Assembly (NCBI GenBank): GCA_963749445.1
Contig: CAVVMJ010000007.1
Span: 9,971-73,970 of the forward strand
DNA length: 64,000 nucleotides
Direction of reading: 5' to 3'
From: an uncultured bacterium
GTDB taxonomy: Bacteria > Patescibacteriota > Doudnabacteria > UBA920
How positions within the stretch are numbered: position 1 is the first letter of the stretch; every line of letters begins with the position of its first letter. The notes beneath the pieces were generated by a model. It did not search any database and had not been told where the DNA came from. It was given only the letters and a program-made list of their open reading frames with translations. Shown in pieces: positions 27,092-37,788 of the stretch. Position numbers and translations under genes: made by a program.

Positions 27092-27289
27092 ACGGAATTA
27101 GGTTGTCCTGTTCGACGGGACAACCATCTTAAAACTGCCGGTACGCGTACCACGCCCCGGCAGTTTTTCTTTTGGTATTTTCACCCCTCCCTAACCCTCC
27201 CCCTCCAGGGGAGGGGAATAAAGAACGAAAAATCCCGCTCCGAATGGGGCGGGATTCCTATATGCTAATTACTAAATGCTATCTGCTAA

Positions 27290-27888
27290 TTACAAGCCCT
27301 TAACTTTAACCTTCTTCGTCTTCGCCTTCGCGGCCTTGGGGATTATTACCGTCAATATCCCGTCCTTCAAATCCGCCTCTATCTGCTCGCTGTCAATGTC
27401 TACCGGAATTATGACCGAGCGGGAAAATTGCCCCAGTAGCATTCCTGGTAAAAATAATCGTCCTGAACAATGGCTTCCTCTTTTTTGCGCGCGCCACGGA
27501 TAGTCACCATGTCGTTGGCCACGGTGATGTCAATGTCCTCGGGTTTGACGCCGGCAATGGTGGACTTGATAATCACGTTGTCCTTGGTCTGGTACATGTC
27601 TATGTTCAGCTGCCCTTCAAAATCCGACATCCATTCCTCGCCGCCGTTATTGTTGGCCCCGGCCGGAGCCACAACCGCGGGCTTGGCCGCCGCCGGAATT
27701 TCCGTAACCTGCTCCTCTATTAACACAGTTTCCTGCTCGTCGTCGTCGTCGGCATCGGCACCCAGCTCTTCGGCCTCCACAGTTTGCTGCGCCATGCCCT
27801 GTGAAACGCGCGGCTGTTGGATGTCTTCATCTGTCACACTGCCCCCCATAATTTTCCCGAAAAACGAAGCTCTGTCTTTCTTGGCCAT
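27290..27888 (-). CDS. Hsp20/alpha-crystallin family small heat-shock protein, split by an apparent one-G frameshift at the G-run 27432-27435
   Basis: The ORF ends YWGNFPARS*. The shifted frame continues GQFSRSVIIPVDIDSEQIEADLKDGILTVIIPKA..., the canonical Hsp20 C-terminus. Confidence 0.6.
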
Positions 27889-28141
27889 AGATTTATAATT
27901 ACTGATAATTGTTCTTTGCCTCCGCTTTTGTTTTAGTTCAAAATCTCAGATTTAGCTTATGCCTGTATAATAAAGCATTTGATTACATCCGTCAAACCCC
28001 CACACCAATTCCCCAAAACATCAGTTTGGTTGATAAACTGGGGTAGAATGGTGCTTTTTGAAAATTAAAATATAACCAAAATTGGTGCGGAGGCCAAACC
28101 CCATAAAACAATGTGCAACATCTGAGTATTAAAGCCACCGG

Positions 28142-28272
28142 AGTGGTGAAACTCCCGCAACTCTAAAATGAATTTGCGAGGAGCCAGGGCTTTATCTGGC
28201 GACGAAGCAATCCCAAAATTTGAATGGGATTGCCGCGCCCCTCTCTGCATCGGGGCTCGCAAATTCTGTTAT
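28142..28272. repeat. palindromic repeat element, copy B
   Basis: GAATTTGCGAGGAGCC...GAAGCAATCCC-loop-GGGATTGCCGCGCCCC...GCTCGCAAATTC. Confidence 0.65.
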
Positions 28273-28279
28273 TTGATAT

Positions 28280-29368
28280 TTAATTCCCGCCGGCCAAGTA
28301 CTGCGCCAAACTAGCGGCTGCGGAAGGGTAAGCAAGCAGCTGATGAGCGGCCGGATTATTTTCCAAAGACTGCCGAAAGTCACCGGCATCCAGCTCCTGC
28401 CTGATTTGTTGCAAAACATCTTTGGCCTCGGGCATAATCAAACGTTGCCTTCGCAAATATTCCAAATTCAACTTTTCCTGGCCGGGCAGCATAGAAGTTA
28501 TAATCATCGGTAAACCAAAACGCAAAGCTTCGGACGTGGACAGGCCGCCGGGCTTGGTTAAAAAAATATCCGCGATGGCGTAAAGCTCATCCATGGGTTG
28601 ATAAAAGCCGACTACGGAAATGTTGGCATGATGATGCCGCCCCGATAATTTTTCGCGGATGATTTGATTATTGCCGCAAACCACTATGGTATGCCAATTT
28701 GGGCGCGCGGATAATTGGGCTAGCAGACGATTATTAAGGCCTATGCCGAGTGAACCGCTACCTAACACTATAACTTTTTGATTATCGCTGATGTTAAACT
28801 TGGCGCGCACCGCCTGTTTATCAACGGCTAAAGGCGTGGACAAATTGAATCCGGTGACAAAGATTTTATTTGCCGATATACCCGCGTTAACCATTTGCTG
28901 TTTTTGCTCCTCGATGTTCACCAAATAAAAATCCGCCTGACGATAAAGCCAATACGGATGCAAATGGTAATCACTAAAGGCAATACCAAATGGATTTTTG
29001 TAATATCCTTTCTTCTTTAAATACGCAATGACTGCCGAAGCCGCGGTCTGGGTAGTAATAATAATATCGGGCTGATATTCATCAACCAAAACCTTGGCGC
29101 TTTTATAATTAAACCCCGCAATGTATACGCGGAAAGGCAAAATTAGATAATGCCCAAAACGGTAAATAAAGCCCCAGACAAACGGCAAGTACTTATTGAT
29201 AAACTGATGAATGCCAACGACGATCTGTTCAAATTTACCCTTTTGCACAGCGCCGATATCGGCCAATTTAACCTCAAACCCGCCCTCTCTTAAAGACCGG
29301 CCGATGTTTTCAGCAATGGTCTTGTGTCCAGGCCTACTGAAGTGTGTACAATTAAAATTCTTTTCATA
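28280..29368 (-). CDS. GT28 glycosyltransferase (MGDG-synthase/UgtP-like), with apparent N-terminal one-base frameshift near 29325-29332
   Basis: The main ORF lacks the N-terminal Gly motif. An upstream short ORF, MKRILIVHTSVGL..., continues in the shifted frame as HKTIAENIGRSLREGGFEVKLADIGAVQKG. Confidence 0.55.
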   Translation of the reverse strand, partial: YEKNFNCTHFSRPGHKTIAENIGRSLREGGFEVKLADIGAVQKGKFEQIVVGIHQFINKYLPFVWGFIYRFGHYLILPFRVYIAGFNYKSAKVLVDEYQPDIIITTQTAASAVIAYLKKKGYYKNPFGIAFSDYHLHPYWLYRQADFYLVNIEEQKQQMVNAGISANKIFVTGFNLSTPLAVDKQAVRAKFNISDNQKVIVLGSGSLGIGLNNRLLAQLSARPNWHTIVVCGNNQIIREKLSGRHHHANISVVGFYQPMDELYAIADIFLTKPGGLSTSEALRFGLPMIITSMLPGQEKLNLEYLRRQRLIMPEAKDVLQQIRQELDAGDFRQSLENNPAAHQLLAYPSAAASLAQYLAGGN

Positions 29369-29370
29369 AT

Positions 29371-29462
29371 CTCTACTAAATACTAAAGAATACGAAAGGT
29401 ACTAAATACGAAACTTAATGGCATGCTGATAGTTTCGTACATTTTAGTATTTCGTATCTTTA
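29371..29462. repeat. AT-rich long hairpin of the TACTAAATAC family
   Basis: tactaaatactaaagaatacgaaaggtactaaatacgaaact ... tttcgtacattttagtatttcgtatctttagtatttagta. Confidence 0.55.
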
Positions 29463-29536
29463 GTATTTAGTAGAAAAACAAGTCCCATCCCGACCAACCG
29501 GCCAAGACGGGACATATCAAACTTTATATTAAATTC

Positions 29537-30403
29537 CTATTTCACGACCTGAACATACTGCCCCGTGACCCAGCCCTGGCTGCCGTCTGAAAGTGTAATG
29601 TAATACCAGCCGTTCTTGGTTTGGGTGTAAGTATAAATTTCGCCGGGATGGACTTTAGTCAAAAGTTTGCCCGAAGTGGAAGGCGCGTTTCTGACGTTGA
29701 GGTAGCCGGTCGGGGTATTGCTGATTTTTACCTGAGTGAGGTTAGCAACAGGGGTGGAAGTCGGGACCACGACAGGAGTTGAGGTCGCGGCCGGAACAGT
29801 TACAGGAGAAGGGGTCGCCGCAACGGGATTTTGCGGGGCCTGATTGACCGGAACATTGGGCCGTTGGGGAAACAGGCTGAAATTCTGGCCGGCATTGCCG
29901 CCGCTTTTATTGTTGTACCAAAGCAGCAGGCCGAAAACCAGGCATACGGCCAGCAGGGAAATCAACAGGCTCCAGCCGATTTTGCGGACCGAAGAAGACT
30001 TGGTCGGCAGGCTGATTTTTTGGGAAGTGGACGGGGTGGGAAAAATTTTTGGCTTGGCCGCGGGCACGCCCGTAAACGAAGGCGAAGCCGGCTCTTCTAT
30101 GAGCTGTTTTTCTGAATTGGTGAGGGTAATCTTTGGCGGCACCACAATGCTTTGCCCCTGCATCGCGCCGGCAGGCACAGGTTCCGGCTGGATCGGAGCC
30201 GGAGCCAGCGACACAGGCGCCGGCTCGCCGCCAACAGGCGTATTAATGCCTTCCACTAATGGCTTCGGGCTTTTCCGCGCACGGGCCGGCTTAATATCGC
30301 CGGTATCGGTCGGCCTTTGCGGCACTTTATCAACTTCGGGGATCAAATCGCTTGCCGAAGCGGTCGGCTGGACGGGGAAGTCATTTTTTTTGTCTAGAAC
30401 CAT
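29537..30403 (-). CDS. membrane-anchored Pro-rich protein with C-terminal bacterial SH3 domain
   Basis: Single TM segment (IGWSLLISLLAVCLVFGLLLW). C-terminal GYLNVRNAPSTSGKLLTKVHPGEIYTYTQTKNGWYYITLSDGSQGWV is SH3b-like. Confidence 0.55.
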   Translation of the reverse strand: MVLDKKNDFPVQPTASASDLIPEVDKVPQRPTDTGDIKPARARKSPKPLVEGINTPVGGEPAPVSLAPAPIQPEPVPAGAMQGQSIVVPPKITLTNSEKQLIEEPASPSFTGVPAAKPKIFPTPSTSQKISLPTKSSSVRKIGWSLLISLLAVCLVFGLLLWYNNKSGGNAGQNFSLFPQRPNVPVNQAPQNPVAATPSPVTVPAATSTPVVVPTSTPVANLTQVKISNTPTGYLNVRNAPSTSGKLLTKVHPGEIYTYTQTKNGWYYITLSDGSQGWVTGQYVQVVK

Positions 30404-30490
30404 AAAAAGTAATGCTAAAATTTAACGTTGGATAAATCCATTATACCACCTTTTTAAAAAATGTTTAAATTTTGTCAAACTGGTTTGATT

Positions 30491-31108
30491 TTATCCAACT
30501 TTCGCCACGACCCGGCAGGGTGCCGCGTCGGTCGCAAGCTTCATCGGCAGGGCGACAACCTCAAAATTTGGATGGCCGATGAGGGCTGCCAGGTTAATCA
30601 GGTTTTCAATAATTAAAATATCGCGCCCAAACAAAATTTTGTGTGTGCTGTAAGGAGCGCGGTCGGGGCTTGGCGTGTCCAACCCGACTATCGAGGCACC
30701 GGATTCAGCCAACTTTTTGGCAAAGCCCTCACTAAGTTCGGGATAGTTTTGGTAATATTCCTCTTCCTGGAATTCGCTGGACCAGCCAAAACAAACAAGG
30801 ACAATGTCACCGCGATGAATATCAACATGGGATAACAAATTTTCTCCAGCCGATGTCTTTCCCCGAGCGTCGATGATGATGCCGCGGCCAAAAAACTTTT
30901 CGGACGGATAATCGGACAACATTTTCCCGCCGGAGAGCATATGCGCCGGCCCTTCCATATGCGTACCCACATGCATGCCGGTTTTAAGTTCGTAGTCAAC
31001 AAACCCGTCTTTGCCTATATCAGCAATCCGGTGAAGCGCCGGCGCGGGATCGCCCGGATATACCGGCGCCTGATCGGTAAAAATATGGGTTAAATCAGTG
31101 TATTTCAT
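30491..31108 (-). CDS. cyclase family protein (kynurenine formamidase-like)
   Basis: HVGTHMEGPAHM and ...DTPSPD motifs. Confidence 0.55.
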   Translation of the reverse strand: MKYTDLTHIFTDQAPVYPGDPAPALHRIADIGKDGFVDYELKTGMHVGTHMEGPAHMLSGGKMLSDYPSEKFFGRGIIIDARGKTSAGENLLSHVDIHRGDIVLVCFGWSSEFQEEEYYQNYPELSEGFAKKLAESGASIVGLDTPSPDRAPYSTHKILFGRDILIIENLINLAALIGHPNFEVVALPMKLATDAAPCRVVAKVG

Positions 31109-32411
31109 TTTTGTTCAAAAGCAAATCTTTTAATTCTTTGTAATCATTTTTTATTATAACCAATCTCTTTTGCTTTTTCATTGCCGCCCGGAGCTGTTTA
31201 GGCAAAACAAGCTTGCGATGAATTACGGGCTCCACAATTTCCCTGAATTTGGCCGGATGGGCTGTGGCAAGCACGACCAGCGGATGAATGTCTTCCGATG
31301 ACTCCCTATATCGTAACGCCGCGGTGATTCCCACGGCCGTATGCGGGTCGCAAACATAACCGGTTTGTTCATAAATCTTTTTTATAGTTTTTCGCGTCTC
31401 GGTATCGCTTATGCCGATTCCAACAATGTCCTTGCCCATCTTCCTATAATCGTTACCATACAATTCCAACATACGGACAAAATTACTTGGATTGCCCACA
31501 TCCATGGCATTGGATATGGTCTTTTTGGATTTTTTTGGATTAAAATCGCCCGTACGCAAGTATTTTGGCACACTATCGTTAATATTAGTAGCGGCGATAA
31601 ATTTGTAAACCGGCAAACCCATTTTTTTGGCAATTAAGCCTGAGGTTAAATTGCCAAAGTTGCCGCTTGGCACAACAAAAATCGGCGGCTGATTTATCCC
31701 TTGCCTTCTAAGTTGCCCCGTCGCCCAAAAATAATAGAACGATTGTGGCAATAACCGGCCAAAATTTATTGAATTTGCCGAAGAAAAAACCATAATCTTG
31801 CTTAAACTCGCGTCTAATAAAACCTGCTTAGCCAATTTTTGGCAATCGTCAAAACTGCCCTTAACTTCAATTGCCGTAATATTGTGTCCGTAAGTTGTCA
31901 GTTGCTTTTCCTGAAGTGGACTGACCTTGCCGCTCGGGTAGAGAATAAATACCCCGATGTTTGGCACTTTAAAAAATCCGCCGGCCACCGCGCTGCCGGT
32001 ATCTCCGGAGGTGGCCACGATAATATTTAAAATTTGGTTTTGATTTTTTAAAAAATAACCCAAAGCGCGGGCCAATAACCTTGCGCCGAAATCTTTAAAA
32101 GCCATGGTCGGGCCATGGAATAATTCCAGCACGAACAAATTGGAACCTATCTGTCTTAAAGGAACTGGAAAATTAAAAGCATCCCTAATGATTGCCTTTA
32201 ACTTTTTTTCGGGGATTTCTTTTATAAAATTCCCGGCAACGGCAAAGGCAATTTGCTTAAAACTTAAACTGTCCAAATCCGCAAAAAAATCCCGCGGTAG
32301 CCTCGCCCAGCGGTCAGGCATAAAAAGGCCCCCGTCGGGAGCCAAACCTTTCTGTAAAACTTCGGGCAAACTAAAATTTTTTGACTTTTTATTGGTGCTG
32401 TGAAATTTCAT
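31095..32411 (-). CDS. thrC: threonine synthase
   Basis: LFHGPTMAFKDFGAR PLP-lysine motif. Roughly 438 aa. Confidence 0.8.
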   Translation of the reverse strand: MKFHSTNKKSKNFSLPEVLQKGLAPDGGLFMPDRWARLPRDFFADLDSLSFKQIAFAVAGNFIKEIPEKKLKAIIRDAFNFPVPLRQIGSNLFVLELFHGPTMAFKDFGARLLARALGYFLKNQNQILNIIVATSGDTGSAVAGGFFKVPNIGVFILYPSGKVSPLQEKQLTTYGHNITAIEVKGSFDDCQKLAKQVLLDASLSKIMVFSSANSINFGRLLPQSFYYFWATGQLRRQGINQPPIFVVPSGNFGNLTSGLIAKKMGLPVYKFIAATNINDSVPKYLRTGDFNPKKSKKTISNAMDVGNPSNFVRMLELYGNDYRKMGKDIVGIGISDTETRKTIKKIYEQTGYVCDPHTAVGITAALRYRESSEDIHPLVVLATAHPAKFREIVEPVIHRKLVLPKQLRAAMKKQKRLVIIKNDYKELKDLLLNKNEIH

Positions 32412-32938
32412 ATATTTTTAAGCGTAAAGTTTATTCCCGCTGCCCGCAAGCCGGCAATAACTTTCTCGGCCATCTCTTGCTTGGTCTGCTCCGCGGAATC
32501 AAAAATGTAATCCGCATATTTTTCGTACAAAACCGCCCGCTCCGCCATCAATTTTGGCAGTCCTTTTCCTTCCAACCCGATGATGCCGTTTTTGTACAAG
32601 CGCTCTCCCAGACGTTTTTCCACAATCCCCGGAGTGGTCCTTAAATAAACAACCAGGGAATCCCGCTTGATTCTTTCCATGGCCCGCTCCGCGTAAACCA
32701 TGCTGCCGGGCGGGGCAAAAACGGCATTTTGCAAATCCAGCGACATAGCGTATTGCTCTTCCAACTGGCTTAAAGACTGTTCTCCGTTGCGCTTCATATA
32801 TTCATGGTGGCTAATGCCCTGCCTTTCCAGAATAATTTTGTCCAAATCCCAAAATTGCCAACCCAAAAGTTCAGCCATAGACCTGCCCACGGCGGATTTG
32901 CCCGCTCCGGCCATGCCGATTAAAGTTATGCCGTTCAT
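32408..32938 (-). CDS. aroK: shikimate kinase-like P-loop kinase
   Basis: ITLIGMAGAGKSAVGRSMAELLGWQFWDLDKII P-loop. Confidence 0.6.
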   Translation of the reverse strand: MNGITLIGMAGAGKSAVGRSMAELLGWQFWDLDKIILERQGISHHEYMKRNGEQSLSQLEEQYAMSLDLQNAVFAPPGSMVYAERAMERIKRDSLVVYLRTTPGIVEKRLGERLYKNGIIGLEGKGLPKLMAERAVLYEKYADYIFDSAEQTKQEMAEKVIAGLRAAGINFTLKNI

Positions 32939-32947
32939 GAATGAGCC

Positions 32948-34267
32948 TTAACTTATTTTTACCAATTTATCAAATTCCTTATTGGTCAGCCATTCTTTCT
33001 CCAGCACCACCTCGCGCAAAGTTTTGCCCAAAGCCAGCGATTCTTTTACGGCTAAAGCGGCGTTGTCGTAGCCGATTTTCGGGGAAAGCAGCGTGGCAAA
33101 AGCCGTGGAATTTTCCAAATGCTTTTTGCAGTTTTCGCGGTTGGCTTTCAGCGTCTTTATGCAGGATCGGGTGAATTTGTCCAGGACTTCCGCGGACAGG
33201 GTCAGGCTCTGCAGCAAACGGTCGGCCAAAATGGGGAACATTACCCCCAGCTCAAGCTGGGCCGCATGCGCCGCGTGCTCAATGCTTAAATTATTGCCGG
33301 AAATCAGGTAGTAAAATTGGTTCACGGTTTCCGGCAAAATCGGGTTGATCTTGCCCGGCATTATGGAAGAGCCTTTTTGCAGCTCTTGGAGTTTTATTTC
33401 GCCCAATCCCCCGCGCGGGCCGCTGGCCAGCAGGCGCAAATCACTGGCAATTTTGGAACAGTCAACCATCAGGGCCGTCACGGCCTGCGATATCGCCAAA
33501 AAATCGGTCTGGCTGGAAGTTTGGGACATTAAATTTTTGGCCGGATGGAATTTTTGGCCCGTAATTTTATTGAGCTCGCGGTAAACCGCCCGAATGTATT
33601 TCGGACTGGCATTCAGCGAATTGCCAATGGCCGTGCCGCCCAGGTTCAATTCCTGGCAATAAGCGACCACGCGGTTTATTTTTTCCTGGTGCCATTTGAC
33701 AATGGCGGCATAAGACGCGAATTCCGCGCCCAATGTGGTGGGGATTGCGTCCTGCAAATGCGTCCGCGCCAGTTTTTGGATATTTTTATACTGGCGCGAC
33801 TTTTGTTCCAGGACTTCCACCATATGGCCCAAGACCTGCTGCAAATTTTGGGTCAGGCCGATGGAAGCGATTTTTATGGCCGACGGGTTGGCATCGTTGG
33901 TGGACATACTGCAGTTAACGTGGTCGTTGGGATGGACCGTAACGTTTTTGCCGGCTTTCGCCAGAATCTCCGTAGCCCGCCCGGCCAGAACTTCGTTGAC
34001 ATTCATGTTAATGGACGTGCCTGCCCCTCCCTGCAAAGCCGGCAAAGGGAACTGGCCGTCTAACCTGCCGGCCAGGACTTCATCGGCCGCCTTGACAATG
34101 GCGTCGCTGATGTCGCGGTGGAAATTTCCGGCTTCGTGGTTGGCTATGGCGGCGGAACGCTTAATCTTCGCCAAGGCGGCAATAAATTCCTTGTGCACTT
34201 TGTACACATGGAACGGAAAATTTTTTATGGCTTTTTGCGTTTGCGCGCCGAAGTATTGTTTGGTCAT
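32948..34267 (-). CDS. aspartate ammonia-lyase/fumarate hydratase class II family lyase
   Basis: GSSIMPGKINP signature and GTAIGN loop. Roughly 439 aa. Confidence 0.75.
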   Translation of the reverse strand: MTKQYFGAQTQKAIKNFPFHVYKVHKEFIAALAKIKRSAAIANHEAGNFHRDISDAIVKAADEVLAGRLDGQFPLPALQGGAGTSINMNVNEVLAGRATEILAKAGKNVTVHPNDHVNCSMSTNDANPSAIKIASIGLTQNLQQVLGHMVEVLEQKSRQYKNIQKLARTHLQDAIPTTLGAEFASYAAIVKWHQEKINRVVAYCQELNLGGTAIGNSLNASPKYIRAVYRELNKITGQKFHPAKNLMSQTSSQTDFLAISQAVTALMVDCSKIASDLRLLASGPRGGLGEIKLQELQKGSSIMPGKINPILPETVNQFYYLISGNNLSIEHAAHAAQLELGVMFPILADRLLQSLTLSAEVLDKFTRSCIKTLKANRENCKKHLENSTAFATLLSPKIGYDNAALAVKESLALGKTLREVVLEKEWLTNKEFDKLVKIS

Positions 34268-34424
34268 AAAATAGAGGTTAAATATCTGACTTAACTATAC
34301 TCTTTTTGAGATTGGGATTCAAGGATTATTTGCGGAGCATCCCCTCCTATCTTAAGCTCTTTATTAGCACATAGGAGGGGTGTCCCGACTTGTCGGGACG
34401 GGGTGGTATCGTCATAATTTTCTA

Positions 34425-34485
34425 CCACCTCCCCCGCCTGCGGCGGGTACTCCTCCTATAATAGGAGGAGGGGCTCCGCGGTTGT
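34425..34485. repeat. GC hairpin plus GCTCCGCGGTT motif element
   Basis: CTCCTCCTAT-AAT-AGGAGGAGGGGCTCCGCGGTT. Similar elements lie at 55085-55127 and 60245-60292. Confidence 0.55.
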
Positions 34486-34548
34486 CCTTTAATACAGTCA
34501 CCGCCGAAACCTTGGTGTAGATGGATGGCCGAACCGATAATCCATAAG

Positions 34549-35707
34549 CTATACCATCGCCCTCGCCACCGCTGCCACCGCGGATTTATCCAAAGGGCTC
34601 GGAATAATGTTTGCCGGATTTAGTTTGGTTACGCAACCCGCCAGGTTTTTGGCCGCCCTAATGAGCATCGGCTGGGTAATTTGTTTTATCTGATTGTCCA
34701 GCGCGCCGCGGAAGATTCCCGGAAAAACCAAAACATTGTTAATCTGGTTGGGAAAGTCCGACCGGCCCGTGGCCACAATAAAAGCTCCGGCCCGCTTGGC
34801 CGAAACGGGATTTATTTCCGGATCCGGATTGGCCATGGCAAAAATTACCGGGTCTTTGGCCATGCTTTTAACCATCCGCTGGCTTAAAATATTCGGCGCG
34901 CTCACGCCAATGAAAACATCGGCTGATTTTAAAGCGCCTGATAAATCCCCGGCAATTTTACAGCCGGTCAGTCTTGCCAGCTGGCGTTTGTGCCAGTTCA
35001 AGTCTTTGCGATGACGGCCGATGATTCCCCTACTATCACATACGATAACATGCCGGAAACCGTATTTCATCAGCAATACGGTAATGGCCGTGCCTGCCGC
35101 GCCTGCACCGCAGATGACCACTTTGGTTTTTCCAGCGGTCTGACGTTTTAGCTTTAGCGCGTTAATCAGCCCGGCCAAAACCACCACGGCCGTGCCGTGC
35201 TGGTCATCGTGCATCACCGGTATATCCAGTTCCGCTTTGAGCCGCCGCTCTATTTCAAAACAGTGCGGCGCCGAAATATCCTCCAAGCTTATGCCGCCAA
35301 ACGCCGGCGTGATATTTTTGATGGTGCTGATAACGGCTTCGGTATCCTGCGTGTCTAGGCAAATGGGGACAGGCGTCAACTCCAGCCAACCGTTTAAATA
35401 AAACACACTTGCCTTCCATAACCGGCAACGCCGCCAAAGGCCCCAAATTCCCCAATCCCAAAACCGCGCTGCCGTCTGTCACCACGGCTACGGTATTTTT
35501 TTTGATGGTATAAATTTTGGCCAGAGATTTATCTTGAAAGATTTTTTGGCAGACATCGGCCACGCCCGGGGTATAAGCCAAAGAAAGATCCCTACGGTTT
35601 CGCAGGGGTATTTTGCTTTTTATTTCCAGTTTCCCGCCGTGCTTTTTGTGCAGGGCTAAAGATTGTTTGCCGAGGTCGTTCATTTTTTTTATCAACACCG
35701 TGCTCAT
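34549..35707 (-). CDS. NAD(P)-dependent malic enzyme, split by an apparent single-base frameshift near 35395-35410
   Basis: The N-terminal ORF has LSLAYTPGVA and VVTDGSAVLGLGNLGPLAALPVMEGKCVLFK. The downstream ORF continues ICLDTQDTEAVIS...VICGAGAAGTAI. Confidence 0.7.
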
Positions 35708-35853
35708 TTATGGATAACCGATGATAATCGTGTGTTTCCTTCTCCCCTGCCTGTCCGCCAAAGCCTTGGCGACGGCGGGGCGAGGGGAGATGCCCACACC
35801 CGGACTCACGAGGGGCAGAGAGGTCGAACGGATGACAATCCTAAACGATACCA

Positions 35854-36555
35854 TCACCGCGCATTAAACAGCTTCCCCAATTTTTCCACACTCAATCCGG
35901 AAAAATCCTTTATTACCAAATCCGCCTGCCTTAAATCTTTGGCTTTATTGGTAGTAGTTATGGCCACAATTTTCATTCCTGCCCTTTGCGCCGCCTTTAT
36001 GCCATTTAAGGCATCTTCAAACACCACGCAATTTTGTGGTTTGGCTTTTATCAGCTTTGCGGCTTTTAAGAAAACTTCCGGGTTGGGCTTGCCTTTTTTG
36101 ACCTGGGATGAATCTATAATTTTGTCAAAAAACCTTCCCGTTCCCGTTTTGCCCAAAACGAATTTGATATTTTCCGCTGGCGCGGACGTAGCCATGGCAA
36201 CTTTAATCCGATTTTTCTTCAGGGTCGATAAAAAACCGACCAATCCTTTCACCGGTTTTATAAACTTTTTGTAGCTGTCCCTATAGAATTTTTCCTTTTC
36301 GCCGGCCAGACGGGCAATTTCCCGCGCGGAAACTTTTTCTTTTGCGATAATTTTGACGTCTTCTTCCGCCCGCCTGCCGTTGATTCTGGTTTTAAAAAAT
36401 TTCCAGGTCAGCCTTACCCCAAACTTTGCAGCTATAAACTGCCAGGACTTAAAATGATACTTTGTGTTATTAACCAACACGCCGTCCATGTCAAATATCG
36501 CGGCAAATTCTATTTTTTTATCTTGATGAGTCCCAGTTTCTTTTTTCTTGGCCAT
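35854..36555 (-). CDS. HAD-IA family hydrolase (beta-phosphoglucomutase-like)
   Basis: Motif I FDMDGVLVNN and motif IV-like FEDALNGIKAAQRAG. Confidence 0.65.
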   Translation of the reverse strand: MAKKKETGTHQDKKIEFAAIFDMDGVLVNNTKYHFKSWQFIAAKFGVRLTWKFFKTRINGRRAEEDVKIIAKEKVSAREIARLAGEKEKFYRDSYKKFIKPVKGLVGFLSTLKKNRIKVAMATSAPAENIKFVLGKTGTGRFFDKIIDSSQVKKGKPNPEVFLKAAKLIKAKPQNCVVFEDALNGIKAAQRAGMKIVAITTTNKAKDLRQADLVIKDFSGLSVEKLGKLFNAR

Positions 36556-36755
36556 TTTTTTACTTCCATTTCCCGCCGCAACGCCTTGCTTAATGTCCTA
36601 AACTTTTCCGAATAAACAATTTTCCCGCCGCCGCGGCTCCTGACATATTTGGATCCTTTGCCGCTGTTATGTAACATCAATCGCCGCGCTAAGTCTTTCG
36701 CGCTCCCGCTGTACAGCGTCCCGTCTTTGCATTTAAGGATGTAGAAATAAAACAT
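36510..36755 (-). CDS. GIY-YIG nuclease family protein (UPF0213-like)
   Basis: FYFYILKCKDGTLYSGSAKDLARRLMLHNSGKGSKY. Confidence 0.6.
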   Translation of the reverse strand: MFYFYILKCKDGTLYSGSAKDLARRLMLHNSGKGSKYVRSRGGGKIVYSEKFRTLSKALRREMEVKKWPRKKKLGLIKIKK

Positions 36756-36757
36756 AA

Positions 36758-37093
36758 CTAGCCAATAGACAAGAGCACGATGGATATTACCGCCAACACC
36801 ATTCCAGAAATGCCAACAATGCTCAATTTTTCTTTAAACACCGCAATGCCGATTAAAACCGTGGCAAACAAACTTAATACCGACCAAATGGTGCCCGCTA
36901 TGGAAAGCGAATTTTTTTGCAAAATCGCCGGCAGCCAGGCCAGCGTCCCTAAAATATAGGCTAAAAGGATCAGCAGCGCCAGCGTAAACCTTGGGCCGAG
37001 GGCGAACTTTTTTGAAAAAAATTCGCCGACGGCAAAAAACACAGCCGACAGCACCAGCCAATATAAATAATTTATTGATAACAAAAATTTCAT
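36758..37093 (-). CDS. small multidrug resistance-like (SMR/DMT) four-TM membrane protein
   Basis: 111 aa with four hydrophobic helices. Confidence 0.45.
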   Translation of the reverse strand: MKFLLSINYLYWLVLSAVFFAVGEFFSKKFALGPRFTLALLILLAYILGTLAWLPAILQKNSLSIAGTIWSVLSLFATVLIGIAVFKEKLSIVGISGMVLAVISIVLLSIG

Positions 37094-37139
37094 ATATTTG
37101 TATTATAACCTCTTTTCCAGGTATAATAAATAGCGGCTC

Positions 37140-37229
37140 GGAGAGGTGCGAGAGTGGTTGAATCGGGCGGTCCCGAAAACCGCTAGCTCCGCAAGGGGCT
37201 CGTGGGTTCGAATCCCACCCTCTCCGCCA
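37140..37229 (+). tRNA. tRNA-Ser (anticodon CGA)
   Basis: Acceptor GGAGAGG/CCTCTCC, G discriminator, CCA, long variable arm, TTCGAAT T-loop. Anticodon stem GCGGT/ACCGC with loop CCCGAAA, which has C rather than U at position 33. Confidence 0.7.
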
Positions 37230-37341
37230 AGACAATTTCTTATCGGAGCAACCCGATTAATCGAGAGCGAGTTGCGACCCGAGTAGTTAAATTTTGTAAT
37301 TTTTCTATCCATGTGAAAGAAGTCATGGTAGAATTACACAT

Positions 37342-37788
37342 ATGAAAGAAATTACACTTCATGATCAGTGGCTTGTTAAAGCACCTGTTGAAGATGTATT
37401 CAGGATGATGACAGACTTCGAGAAATTTCCGGAGCATTTCCCGAAGGTTGCCGAATCAATACAGGTGAAGAAACGGGAAGGAAATTATGTAGAAATGGAT
37501 GCAATTGTCAGATCGTTCGGCAAAAAATTTCCGGTACAAATGAAAACCCACATTCTCCCGGGGGAAGGCTTTATTTCAGACAATGACAGTTTTAAATTCG
37601 GAACTTCCGGACATGAAGAGATGCTACTTTCCAAATCCCCCGAAGGAACCTTAATTGATTACACCTATCGCGTTTCAATTCATAAGGCATGGCTACGCGT
37701 AGTTGCAACGCCACTTATCCGCTGGTATTCGATGAAGTACTGGGAAAAAGCAGTTATAAGCGAATTAAGGAAGGCGCTTGAGAAATAA
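37342..37788 (+). CDS. SRPBCC (START/Bet v1-like) family protein
   Basis: 148 aa. VKAPVEDVFRMMTDFEKFPEHFPKV is typical of the polyketide-cyclase/SRPBCC fold. Confidence 0.5.
   Translation: MKEITLHDQWLVKAPVEDVFRMMTDFEKFPEHFPKVAESIQVKKREGNYVEMDAIVRSFGKKFPVQMKTHILPGEGFISDNDSFKFGTSGHEEMLLSKSPEGTLIDYTYRVSIHKAWLRVVATPLIRWYSMKYWEKAVISELRKALEK

Noticed and set aside
28065-28419. Track ORFs 28065..28262 and 28192..28419 (minus)
   Set aside because: They are translations of palindromic repeat copy B. The peptide MRAPMQRGARQS... recurs wherever the repeat occurs, so they are not genes.
36834-37312. Track ORFs 36834..37235 and 37103..37312 (minus)
   Set aside because: They overlap the tRNA-Ser gene and the SMR gene and are spurious.
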